64,000 bases of DNA from Massalongia carnosa (taxonomy: Eukaryota): positions 1,612,001 through 1,676,000 of the forward strand of contig OZ287069.1 of NCBI GenBank assembly GCA_965645245.1, in the 5' to 3' direction. Below are positions 1 through 11,245 of this stretch, one piece after another; within the stretch, counting starts at the first letter, position 1; every line of letters begins with the position of its first letter. The notes under the pieces were generated by a model. It was not told the DNA's origin. It made no database searches and saw only the letters and a list, made by a program, of their open reading frames with translations. The translations under genes and the position numbers were made by a program.

Positions 1-406
1 GAGGTGTAGGGGTTGTCGCTGCGGGGGTAGATTGGAAAGACTGAGCAATTTGAGAGGATGTTTGACCTGTCTGTTGTGGAGGGATAGGAGGTTGGGACAG
101 CGTGCCTGTCTGAAAAGGCTGTTGCGAAGGCATCGTACCTTGACCGGCCTGCTGGTTCTGCGGAGGGTAACCCGTATATTGTGTCTGCTGAGGTAGAGGT
201 TGATAGCCCTGTTGCGGTGCTTGTGCTGGAAAGCCGGTATACTGCGTCTGAAGTGGTGCTCCGCCAAAACTAGTCTGCTGCTGCATAAACCTACCTGGTT
301 GCTGCTGGCCTTGAGGTGCATTTGAAAAGGATGACGTGCCATATTGAGGAGCCCCTTGTCGGCCACTGTTATTACCACCTAAGAAACTATTAGAACTTGT
401 ATACAT
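1..406 (-). CDS. pan1: Actin cytoskeleton/endocytosis scaffold Pan1, 5' end only (continues past the window start)
   Basis: Not in the ORF track (no stop in window). Manual translation from ATG at 406: MYTSSNSFLGGNNSGRQGAPQYG...LQTQYTGF...QTQYTGY...PPQQTGQTSSQIAQSF, open to position 1. The MYxSSNSFLGG start and QxTG repeats match the recalled N-terminus of Pezizomycotina Pan1. Confidence 0.8.
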   Translation of the reverse strand, partial: MYTSSNSFLGGNNSGRQGAPQYGTSSFSNAPQGQQQPGRFMQQQTSFGGAPLQTQYTGFPAQAPQQGYQPLPQQTQYTGYPPQNQQAGQGTMPSQQPFQTGTLSQPPIPPQQTGQTSSQIAQSFQSTPAATTPTP

Positions 407-720
407 CGTGATCGTTGCTGAATAATTTGGGAGAACAGGATGTGAAGCTTGAAGAAGGGTGACGACGTAGAAGTGGCTCTAAATATATGTAGCAAGTTTT
501 GGCGCCCAATTCAGGGTTCAGCTCCTTGAATATTTCTCACTCAAACTGGCCTTCGTAACTCATTTGCTCCCGCAGCTAGGACAACAATCTTAAATATCTA
601 TGTCAGAAGGTGGAATGAACACAATGCCTAATGGCATTTCCTTCTTTAGCTCCAGTGCAAAACAACTATTTTTTGCATCTACGCATTCCTTGTGAATCAA
701 TACTCAACCAATTGCCCAAC

Positions 721-2101
721 TCAGTCAAGGCCTACATCAATGTCTCTTTGTGCCCTTCTTCCCCCACCCATTCCCCCACCTCCGCCGCCGCCAGCTCCAT
801 TCGTCTTTGCCTCAATCTCCCTCGTCTCCCTCTCCTTGTCTCTAAAGAACCGCTCCCTCTCTTGCTTTACCACTGCCAGAACCCCTTCAAGGCCCGACCT
901 CCATGTATCCAGCCTTCCCTGCACCTCGATCCATTGCTTCTCACCAAATACTCTGTAAGTGCTCCGGTGTATCAAGAATGTCTGGTTGAGCTGTGAGAGC
1001 TTGCCTTCCACCAGTCCAGCCCGAATTACGTCAATGACCCACATCTCGACATCTTCAGAAGGTATTTGGAGAGCTTTAGCGATATGTTGATAAGGTAATG
1101 ACCTTGATTGTGTTGATGCTGCAAGGGAGGCCAGAGTCAAAAGACGCATCTTACGGTATAAGATTGGGTTATCCAATCCTTGCTCTTCAAGCCATGAATC
1201 GTGCTCATCTTTAAAGTCATTAAAATCATCCAGGAGATCGGCATTAAATATTTCTAACAGCTCAAAAAACGTCGAATCGGACTTTCGTAACGCTTGGATT
1301 GCGTCCACGGCTGTCAGGTCTTGGAAATCAAAATGGGTGGGGTGTAATAATGCAGACTTCAAAGCTCGAACAGAGAGAGTGTGGGCTTCCTCGCTGGTGA
1401 CTTCATCGGTCGGTATAGTACGAAGTGTGCGGAGGAGGTAGAGATATGACTGCTCATCTTCGCCTGCTTCCTCGGCTACATCTGCAATGCTAAGGTATAA
1501 CTTCCGCTGATCCTCTTCATCACTTTCCCACTGCGCGACCCAGCTGTCGAGGTTCTTAAGTTGTGGTCGGAGGTTCTCAAACGAGGAGCTTCCTCTTACC
1601 ACGCGAAGGATGGCGAGGAAAACGTGGTAACGGGTCTCGTTGTCCGGGGGGAGGATATTGAAGATTGTAGTGAGAATCGATAGTGCAAGACCAGCGCCGT
1701 TGAGAGGGGAAGAGGTAATGGGCGCCGAGAGGTTCTGGCATATCTTGGGAAGAAATTTGTCAAGGTTGGGTGATTGGCGGACAAGGTGAACGAGGAGATT
1801 GTAGGCTGCTATGAATTCTGCATCGGGGTAAGAAACCTTTACAAATTCTCGGACGCACAGGCCCATTCAAATTCGAGAAGATACCTTTCTCTGGTGCGAG
1901 GTTTAGGATACTGCTTCCTGTAACAATTTTTTTCAACGCTTCGTCCTTCTGTCCTTGCTCCAAAAGGGGAGCAATTTCCGCCTGTACGCCGGACCCGTCT
2001 TCACTCGGTTTTTTTTTCACATCATCAATGTAGTGAGCTAGTTCGTCAGCAAGCTCTTCAAAGGAGCCTTCAATTAATAATGTGTTCAGAGGCCCAGGCA
2101 T
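721..2101 (-). CDS. eIF3m: Translation initiation factor 3 subunit M (PCI domain); exons 2101-1885 and 1817-721
   Basis: ORFs 1760..2137 and 721..1866 join through a 67-nt GTAT...CAG intron (1884-1818), giving APEK-EFIAAYNLL. PCI motifs KMRLLTLASLA and VEMWVIDVIRAGLVEGKLSQ. Confidence 0.93.
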
Positions 2102-2270
2102 GTCGGTAATGCTGGCTGTGATCGGATTGATCTGCAAGCCGGTTAATAGTTGTGGGTTGATATCTTGGTGCTTATCCTATTGGCGCTAAAATTATGGGTG
2201 TGGCTTTAGAGCCTCTCGAGTTTAGTATTGAACTAAATATTCTCTAAGAGCACAATTTGTGATCTTTCGA

Positions 2271-2396
2271 GACTGATTGGCGCAATGGTAGCGCGTGGCT
2301 CTCCTAAAGCCAAGGGTTTGTTGTTCAAAAATTCATCAACAATTAAATAGTTAACTAATAGTCCCCTAGTTGAGGGTTCGAGTCCCTTGTTAGTCG
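2271..2396 (+). tRNA. tRNA-Arg(CCU) with a 54-nt non-canonical insertion (2316-2369) in the variable loop
   Basis: Acceptor stem GACTGAT/GTTAGTC, discriminator G, D arm GCGC-AATGGTA-GCGC, anticodon arm TGGCT-CTCCTAA-AGCCA (CCT at 2303-2305), T arm GAGGG-TTCGAGT-CCCTT. Removing 2316-2369 gives a 72-nt cloverleaf with variable loop AGGTT. Confidence 0.88.
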
Positions 2397-2402
2397 ATTA
2401 GA

Positions 2403-2407
2403 TTTTT
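2403..2407 (+). terminator. RNA polymerase III terminator (T5) of the tRNA gene
   Basis: TTTTT starts 7 nt after the tRNA discriminator base. Confidence 0.65.
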
Positions 2408-2666
2408 ATAATTTTGCGCTCTGAAACTTGAAGTCAGTGGTGGGATAGGTTGTGCCTGTATACAGCGGGAGGGATTCCTCATAGCCGGCTCTTACTGACT
2501 ACCTGGTTAAAATAATGGCTTTAATGTATGAAAAGAACCTGTGTCCTAAGGGTGCAAAATCTTTGGATAACCACCTCTACGCCGAAAATGGGGTTCTAAA
2601 AGAAAACCATCATAGGATATCTAGCGCCTTTCTAATGCAAAAACTGCTCGTAGTACTACTTAGATA

Positions 2667-5600
2667 TCAAAGATCATCCCTACGAATGTTATCACCCCAG
2701 CCCATCACTTCCACAATAACATTTCCAATTGTGCTTGCACACCAAAGCGTTACAAGTCCCCAACCTATTTTCCGATCCATCCTCCACCGATTTAGCGGCA
2801 CCGCAATGAGAAGGCCTAGGAGCGTCACCAGAAGGGTGATGCCGCTGATGATTAAGGTCCCACCGAATTCGATCTGATAGGGTTTGTATTTCCAGGGCTT
2901 CTTTGGGTGTCGCTCATGGTTGCCATTCCCGGTTTTGATTGTCATATATAATCCGCTAAGGCCAATACCCAACAAAATGTTAAGCATCGGTCCTCCAAAG
3001 CATGCGCTGAGCGCCATTACAGGGTACCCTAGGCGTGCGATTGTGATGTCTGCCACAAGATCCCCAAGAGAGTTACCTACCGCAAAAATGGTCAAACCAA
3101 GTATTGCATCGCTAATACCTAATATGATACCAAACGCCTTGAGTACCCCGACCACCTCATTGGCAATAGTAGAGATCCAAGCGATGCTGACTATGAAGCC
3201 TAGAAAACAAAAAAGGTAACGATAGCGTGGCGAGCTCGCAATTGTGGTAGTCAACAACAGGATCGCAAATAAAATAAGTGAGACCATGAGACCATAGAGC
3301 GTGGGTAGCAAGAGGTTGCGAATTAATAGGTCCGGATCGTTGTTCGCCCAGTATAGAAGAACAATGAAGAATGGAGCTGTAAATATTTGAGTGGACACAA
3401 GCCACCGGTTCCATTCCTTTGGAGATGAAGGAGTGGATCTGGGCGGATCCGGTGGAGCAGAAGGCAACGTGCTAGCCTCATGGAGTGCTGACTGCTGAAC
3501 GGTTTTATTTGCCACACTATTGCCTTCTCCATCGGAGATACTGATGGTCGGAGTGTTTGGGCTATGGTTATGATTAGAATCAATGAGCTGCAAGTGAGAT
3601 CTGAGCCTCCGCGGTCCGTTCGCTCTACGTTCTGTATGATGGGGTTCTGGAGGTACTTGCGTAAGTGTTTCAGATTGTGATCTCGACCGAGTTTCAACTG
3701 GTGTAAGAAATCCGGGATCTGAGCCAAGGATCTCGTCATCTTTCTCGGCTTCGACAACTGGTAGAGTGATAGCAAGAAGCAACACACTTGGTGCGGCCAC
3801 AACACCCAGGAGCCTCTCCCAAAAATTCTTGTCATGCCAGGCGTAAAGAGTCGGAAACAAGGTAGAAACTAAGATTTGCGGAGGTGGAAGGAACTTATAT
3901 GGCCACCAATGGACTACTTTATCTTCGGGATTGTTCCAGGCGTTCTGGGGATACGTAGATTCAGACCCAATGCTGGGCGGAGGTAATAGTAGACTTGGCG
4001 TTCGTGAAGAGTTCACAAAATTGGGATCATCATCATAAATAGGGAATGGCGATGCTGGACTCGACCCTTGGGTACGGGAGGGTCGTGGTAGTTTGATCTT
4101 GGGAGTCTGAGGTACAGTTATTGAAAATTGTTTAAATTTCAGATTATTTCGATCTCCTTCATCACTGGAGCGATGAACTCCTACTGCACCGGAACTAGAC
4201 CCGGGCGGTGCTAGTAAATCTGTAGAGAATCTTCGTTCTTCAGAGGACATAGGCGCAGGACTAGTAGCAAGATAACCAAAGTCATCTGGTGGTGGTGATA
4301 GAGCCCATCCCAGGGTTGAAGGCTCTATCAAAGCACCTCGGACAACATCAGCACCCTCCACATTCTGTGGAGGACAGAGGCTTGCTTGCCCTGGTGGCAT
4401 TGCATTCAAAAAATCTATTTGAGGAACAGATGGTCTTTGAAGAGGGTGTTGGTCTAACTGTAAACCTGAAGCGCCATTAGCAGAAACTGCTCGCAATCTA
4501 TTCACAGTACTTCGTTCAGAATCAATGCTAGGCCTGAGGAAGCTGCTCGAAATTGTATCATGATCTTCCACATCGCTATAACGGATGTTCGGATTTGATG
4601 TTGAGGTATGATTTTGCTGTTGACTTGTTGTATATGGATCATCGGAGTAGCGACGGAGATTGATCGGTATGCTTTGAATGTTTCGCGACTTTTGTAGTGA
4701 TGATAGTACAGATCTAAACTCCAAGGCGCCCACAAGACTGGGTCGGATTGGAGTATGTGTGTTTCGTCTTTCACCAGGTCGTGGTCGACTAACTCGCATG
4801 TTGCTGCTAATTTCAGCCATCCAGTGATCTCGAGTATTGTCATCAGCATCTTCGCAAATAGACCCCAGCGCTGGGCTGCCTGCCCTTTCCAAATTCGCAA
4901 AGTCGTCACCAGACGGAGCCCTTAGTGGAGTTCTACTCCCACCTGCCACTCCATCTGCATCATTATCAAGATATACATCAGTTTCGGCATCGTCCGTTCC
5001 GGGCATATGAAAATAGTCTCTGGCTGCTGCCTCTCTATCCCTTCGATGTTTTTTCCGGGTCAAGTACCAGTGCCAGACAACTACCGTAACCACATAAAAT
5101 CCGTAAAATCCAACCATGACAGCGCTCTCCCACATATGGAGATAGCCGTCCGCTAAGAAAATCATACTGAAACTTGCAGCAACGATAAAGAAGCCCACAT
5201 CTCTAACAAAACTTTTCCGGGCAACCTTGAAGGGTCTCACCAAAGCCATGGATCCCGCCACTACCGCGGTTATAAATCCGGCTGCTCCAATCAACTCACC
5301 AATAGCCAAACTTCCGCTTTGCGTTTTCATCGCTGCGAACGTTGAAAAAACGTCTGGGCTTCCGTTACCAAAGGCGAGGAAGGTCACTCCTGCCATGCTT
5401 TCACTCATTCCTAAAATCGACGCAATCGTGCTAAGATTTATGCAGAAGAAGTCACTGGCAGCAATGCCAATCGTGCTAAAAAGAAGACCAAGCCATAAGG
5501 TTAAGATAGTAAAGGCAACTGGTTTAGCGCGGGGTAATTTGCAGTAGTAGAGTTGAAGATACGAAAACAGTCCGGCCTCTTCGTCTGGGCAATTCTCTCG

Positions 5601-5988
5601 AATGAATCTGCACTGGTCTTTGGCCGTGTGGACGAGGCGGCACTGGCAAGTGTTAGCTAGTGTCCCATATGGATATAATCAGTATTTCAATGGCATTCGC
5701 GATTGGAATAGCACAATATACCTCTAGATCTGTTGACTTTAAGCCGCCGTTTGCGCTATCAAAGGGTGCCTTGTTGTCAAGGAACGCAGCTCGCTGAAAT
5801 AGCTTCCGGTTTTCTTGCCTTGACAATCGCCCGTCCCAGTTCAAAATAAGACTCCATACCGTGATAGTGGAGATTAGGAGGATTGAGATATAAAATGCTT
5901 GGGCAGCGGAGTATTTCCGTCGCAGCCGCGCATGAGGACTTTGGCGGCGCATTAGCGATGATAAGGGAAGAAATAAGAAAGATGGCAT
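2667..5988 (-). CDS. Sodium/calcium exchanger (CCX/Ecm27-like), about 1080 aa; exons 5988-5722 and 5642-2667
   Basis: Alpha-repeat motifs AGVTFLAFGNGSPDVFS and LGLTIFAVGNSLGDLVA. A 79-nt intron GTATAT...GCTAAC...CAG (5721-5643) joins ORF 5653..5988 in frame with ORF 2667..5408. Confidence 0.92.
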
Positions 5989-6417
5989 CGAAAATACATC
6001 GTAGTGCGTGTGTACTTTAGCTATGCAAAATTTACAGAATAAGAAATCTCTAACCAGGACTTATCAGTCTGTAAGTTCTGGTTGAGAACAGGCACTCCTG
6101 GAGTGATTACTATGACAGCATAGCCACATCAAAATACGCTGCATTACTTATGCTCAGACGTGAGTGGCTCTACGAGCCATTTAAGCCTCTTCAGGTTAGC
6201 TCATTTCGCTAAGCTTTTTCTGATTAGCGTTTTAGTTGATTGACGTGATGCGATAGCACGTTCAAACGTAAAATTCAAAATTACGATCAAATATTCGTGG
6301 TAAATCGTGTATTACTATTAACGTTCAGCTTTTTTTGACACTTTTTTTCGAAAGAATTTAAATAATATCTGTAAAAAACAAGATTGAAATTTTTGTACTT
6401 TGTTAGAATAGTATTAA

Positions 6418-6886
6418 TGTAATAGGGTAGGCCTAGTATGCGTTCGTTGAACGTAAGACTGGCCTATGTGGCTACGTACAGCCAAAACAACCACCAAGAC
6501 AATAAGGTCTCGCCTAACCCAGTTAGGCATAGTGTGGGGACTTAACTTATTATGGAGGTGTTTTCGTAGTACACCCCCTCGCCTCGCCTCACCTCCCCTA
6601 GCTCGCCTGCCTAGTCTCATCTACCCGAGTGTTTCGGAGACCGAAGTATTTCGGAGTCGCCGTATAAGGCTGATTATTACTAAGCCTGATGACTCAGCGG
6701 TGCTGAACACCATACTATAGTCAGGTCAAGCGATGACTAATGGGACGGGACAGAAGGTCTGAGCCCACGGAGGAACGTCCGCCCTTAGTTGGCATAGTTG
6801 GCAGAGTACTGAAGAAACTCGACCTCGACTATCCCCACTGATCTATATAATGTGGTGTTAGGCCCACCTAGATAGATCATCTTACA
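6418..6886. mobile_element. Probable solo LTR
   Basis: TGTAAT...CTTACA ends, TATATAA near the right end, near-matching 5-bp flanks ATTAA/ATTTA. Confidence 0.4.
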
Positions 6887-7497
6887 ATTTAACTACTCCG
6901 TACTAAATTGTTCTACTCTTAACCCACTACACTACTCCTAGTCCAGAGTCACTCTCACAGTAGTATGGGCAAGGTATGGAAGAAGAGCTTAGGTTGTGGA
7001 TTGTCCTATCCTACATAGAGCAATGATCAAGCACTTCAAAGGGTAGCATTTAGTCTACCCTTTGACCGACCCTATCTATTTGTACCTCTATTGTGACCAT
7101 CACGTTGTGTAGCCGCCCCTGTGGATCCCGTCTTCCAGTAGTGAATGCCTACTGGGAGAAGGTCTCCCCGTTTCAATTAAACAGTTTGATTGTATTTCAC
7201 AAAATCGAGAATCGATTTTGTCACGATTCTACTCGGCACGACGCATTCACTTCCATAACAGATTTAACGAAAATAACAAAACGTATGTATTATGTACATG
7301 TTATAAATATAAATAAACATTGAAATTTATAAATAAAATTCAATAATACAATAATCATGATCATATCAAGCGACGACGTTACGAACATGAAAATAATGAA
7401 ATTGTGACGATGTTTTGTTAGGTCGAAATAATTGTCGTCTTGATCGTTAAATCATATCTGATTGTAATCTTGAGCTCAGACGTGCTACTTAGCCAGG

Positions 7498-8102
7498 CAC
7501 GCGGGTGACAAAAAAAATGACAACGTGCAAGCGAATGTGACGGTTCAACCAGGATGTGGAATTGACTATCTACTGGGAAGCTATGCACTAGAAAATATCA
7601 GAAAGGAAACAAGCAAAAGGTGCTCTCTCTAGGAGTCTATATAGATAATCGCTTTGCCCGATCCAGCTGCTTGTGTCTCCATCAATAAGTGAACAGTTTG
7701 GTCAAACAGTCTTTCTGCCCTTTGTCCCTTTCATCCATTTATGTTTGCTTTAGAAGGTCGTTCCGATGCGTCCCTTTCAGAACCTCCTGTTGATTGCCCT
7801 TAAGATTGCTAAAAGGGTTGAGTAACGGAAGCGGTTAGTGCGCCGGCAGATGCCGTACTTTCCTTTGGGTGGATGTGGTTGAACCGTGACAGCGAAAACC
7901 ACACCAAAATCTTGTTCGCGTTACCCCTTTACACATGATTAAATCATATTAAACCACATGAAAAAACCATCATGAAAACAACATCATTGAATAAGATATG
8001 GTGTTACTTTAGAACATCAAAGCTGCACTTTCACTTATCAAACTGGAAAACCTAAACGTACATTTATTTCTACACGTTGTCATTTATTTTGCCACCCGCG
8101 TG
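7498..8102. mobile_element. MITE of the CACGCGG-ended Tc1-like family, 5-bp TSD CCAGG, carrying a solo LTR
   Basis: About 30-bp TIR CACGCGGGTGRCAAAAWAAATGACAACGTG at both ends. CCAGG at 7493-7497 and 8103-8107; single CCAGG at the paralogous empty site 10606-10620. Confidence 0.8.
7536..7891 (+). mobile_element. Solo LTR, 356 bp, 5-bp TSD GCGAA
   Basis: TG...CA ends with a 16-bp inverted terminus TGTSACGGTTCAACCA. GCGAA at 7531-7535 and 7892-7896. Second copy at 10690-11054. Confidence 0.8.
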
Positions 8103-8627
8103 CCAGGCACATCTGAGATACCGAGGCAAATATGTACGTGGCACTAATTCTAGGTCATTTAGTAAAGAATATCAAGTGGAAGTTAGATTACATCATCTCT
8201 GTTTGAAAAGGCTGCAGACTTTAGAAAAGATAATGGCGCTCCAACTATTACACCACCAATAACTTTGATCTACGCATGCATGTTTCGTACAGAAAAGAAT
8301 GGTCTTGAAGATTGTCGACATATCTCCGAAAAACCCGCTTTGACGGCTGTCGTCGAATAACGCCATCGTGCAGATGGATTTCATATGGCCCTCACAAGTC
8401 CGATTTCCCCTCTTCGAGGCAGACATCTATATGTAGTCAGCCAGAATCTGTAGAAGGCCAGCCCAAGCTCAGACTACTTATAGAGCTCAATTCTCTACTT
8501 TGAAAATTCAAGAATTGGAAGCCCAACCCAATACCAAGAAACCTTCGACGTCGGCGAAGCAGCTAGCGATAAGCCAAACAGCAAGTTATTTTGTCAGGTC
8601 CCTACAGTATTATCTCCTTTATATATA

Positions 8628-10087
8628 ATGGAAATCTTCACCGTTTTCATTGGCCTTGCGCTATTCATCATGTCGTTGACTCCTGGAGGGCTAGCAAAAC
8701 CGGGATTAGTTTCAAAAAGGCAATATCAAGCTAGGGCAGAAAAAATTTTATCAGAACACCCTTTAATAGGTTCTCTACCTTCCACCAATTTGTTGTGACC
8801 CTCAAGCCTAATATGTAACGTAGATGGGCATGATGACTTGGCTATCCTTATCCGGGGCCTTTACCAGAATCATATATTTGATTCAAAGTTCACAACTAGT
8901 TTTGAGAATGGAACTTTCCCTTACCATGTTGATCTTGCGCGACTAAAGAAGGGAAAGGTTGGGGGAACATTTTGGGTTGCTTATATTCCATGTCCTTCGG
9001 AGAGTGATAATTTCTCCGACTCGATTTATGCTTCAAGTAGGTTTCCAGCTCTTCAAATACCAAAAACAGTCGTTTGTTTGGGGTTGCGAAGCTTTGGTCG
9101 TTCCGAGCGTCATGAAGACTTTGTAGCCCCCAATGCTGATAAAGTGCAGTTGTCGCCGAAACTCTACAACAGATAGACCTACTACATCGTCTCACAACTA
9201 AATACTCTGCCCTTTTCTCACCTCCAGACATTGATAGTGCTAGCGCCATTGCAGTCTTCAAAGATAAAAAGATCATTTCACCGTTCGCTATCGAAGGGCT
9301 CCATCAGATTGGCAACTCCTTTTCCAATCTTAGGTTATATCGATCTTTGGATGTAAAGTATGCCACTTTGACCCACAATTGCCATAATGCTTTCGCAGAC
9401 GCAGCACTCGTCGCAGATTGGTCAGGCGAAACAATTAAAGCTTCTCCTTACTGGGGTGGGGTAAGCGATCGTGGACATCTTCTCATTAAGGAGATGAATA
9501 GGATCGGGATGCTCGTGGATCTCTCACACGTGAGCGCGAATACTATGGTAGACGTATTAGGCGGTCGTCCAGGCAAATGGGAGGGCAGTCTCGCCCCAGT
9601 GGTCTTTAGCCATAGCTCGGCATATGCAATTTGCCCGCATCCTCGAAACGTACCGGACGACGTCCTTGAGCTTGTGAAGAAAACAAACTCCGTCGTAATG
9701 GTGAACTTCTCTCCCAGCTTCATCTCATGTGTGGCAGCAAACAACACCAATGGTCTCCCAGATACTGTTAAAGCCAATGCAACCCTCGATCAGGTCGTGA
9801 AGCATATCACGTACATTGGGGATAAAATCGGATACGATCATGTTGGGATCGGTAGCGACTATGACGGTATCGAGGATATCCCCAAGGGACTAGAGGATGT
9901 GAGCAAGTTTCCAGATTTGGTGGCAAAGCTGTTAGAACGTGGACTGTCCGACGACGATACAATTAAGATCCTAGGTGGAAATGTCTTACGTGTATGGGCG
10001 GATGCTGACAAGGTTGCCACAAAATTACAAAACGACGGCCTTCATCCCATCGAAGATACTATCAAAGGTATTGACGCTGTTCTCTAG
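8628..10087 (+). CDS. Secreted/membrane dipeptidase (peptidase M19, renal dipeptidase/GliJ family), 3 exons
   Basis: Hydrophobic N-terminus MEIFTVFIGLALFIMSLTPGGLA. PLI-DGHDDL spans intron ~8770-8823; second intron ~9038-9149. Motifs IEGLHQIGNS, LTHNCHN, VDLSH, FSHSSA, HPRNVPD, GIGSDYDG. Confidence 0.9.
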
Positions 10088-10689
10088 ATGATCTAGGCGG
10101 AAAGATCGGGCGGTTTTGCATCGAGGTTAGGAAATTATAGATGGCTTGTATTTAAGTCTCAGACTCTGTCCACTTTCTCTCCAGCGAAACTTAGATATCA
10201 CTGTTCAAAACTTGAATATATTTTCTATACTATGCTTTCAGGGAAAGTACCCAGAGGTGACTGGTCCTCATTTTTTCAAAAACCTCCAGAAGTCTGTCTG
10301 ATCGTCTACTCTACTTGTGTCGCTTACAATTGCTTGATTCTCCTATTCAAAGTAGCGTACATTCATGATTTACGTAGTTATGACCTATCCCGCATATCAC
10401 CCGAACAGGTGTTCCCACTAAAATTATATTTCGCTTTGCATAACATCCATCAACTTTGATTCTGTATGCTCATGCTGTCATTGTCTGACTTAATCGTGCT
10501 ACAACCACGACTTTTAACATTATATTGAGTTATCAGACTGTTTTACAAAGCACTTTAGCCACTAGACTTTGCTGAAACATCGAAAACGTTCAATTCATCC
10601 TCAAACGTGCCTGGCTAAGTTCCTTCGGGTTAATTACGTAGCAGATCTGTAGCAACTCTGAGCTCAAAATTCAAAGATTACGATCAGAT

Positions 10690-11054
10690 ATCCACCCAAG
10701 GCGCATCTGCCGGCGCACTAACCGCTTCCGTTACTCAACCCTTTTAGCGGTGGATTGGACGGTCATGGGACCGAAAGCTCCGGGACGCTAAACCTTATTT
10801 CCATCTACGGAAACCGTAGGTGGCCGGTCACCATCAAGCAATCATAGGGGCAATCAACGGAGGTCAGAAAGACTGTTTGACCAAACTGTTCACTTATTGA
10901 TGGAGACACAAGCAGCTGGATCGGGCCAAGCGATTATCTATATAGACTCCTAGAGAGGGCATCCTTTGCTTGTTTCCTTTCTGCATCTTTGATATTTTCT
11001 AGTGCATAGCTTCCCAGTAGATAGTCAATTCCACATCCTGGTTGAACCGTCACA
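10690..11054 (-). mobile_element. Solo LTR of the same family as 7536-7891, one end truncated by about 17 nt
   Basis: Near-identical reverse complement of 7536-7875. AGATA on both flanks; uninterrupted site at 7441-7470 (reverse complement). Confidence 0.8.
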
Positions 11055-11074
11055 AGATATGATTTAACGATCAA

Positions 11075-11245
11075 TGTAAGGGTTCGACCAAGCGTGGTGC
11101 GGACGGCAGGACCTATAGTGAACATGGTAGGAGTCTCAATTATAGTAGAATAGAGCTTGGTATGCGGATTAAGTATTGTGCCTTTTGGTCGGGAAGGATA
11201 GGTGGCGCAATGGTAGAAATCTATTCACTATCTCGCTTCGTCACA
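11075..11245. mobile_element. Short solo LTR (171 bp), 5-bp TSD ATCAA
   Basis: TGTAAG...TCACA ends. ATCAA at 11070-11074 and 11246-11250; empty site in copy 1 near 7431-7450. Confidence 0.7.

Larger units (their letters stand above)
6153..8117 (+). mobile_element. Non-autonomous repeat with CTCAGACGTG...CACATCTGAG ends (copy 1, about 350 bp once nested insertions are removed)
   Basis: 6153-6240 and 7257-7497 align to the reverse complement of 25084-24860, 11252-11246, 11074-11055 and 10690-10606. 10-bp terminal inverted motif. Confidence 0.55.

Noticed and set aside
2301..2369. Canonical 37/38 tRNA intron, or a long variable arm (Ser/Leu/Sec type)
   Set aside because: The 3' anticodon strand AGCCA follows the loop directly, and 54 extra nt is far longer than a type II arm; only a short TTGTTG/CAACAA pairing is possible.
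631..5547. Plus-strand ORFs overlapping eIF3m and the Na/Ca exchanger
   Set aside because: Antisense shadows of real coding sequence.
8628..10087. Gliotoxin/ETP cluster implied by a GliJ-like dipeptidase
   Set aside because: No NRPS, GST, thioredoxin reductase or cluster P450 nearby; the only P450 is housekeeping CYP51.
11203..11216. TGGCGCAATGGTAG, identical to the tRNA A-box/D-arm, suggesting a SINE or second tRNA
   Set aside because: No downstream B box or cloverleaf; it lies inside a TG...CA element with a 5-bp TSD.
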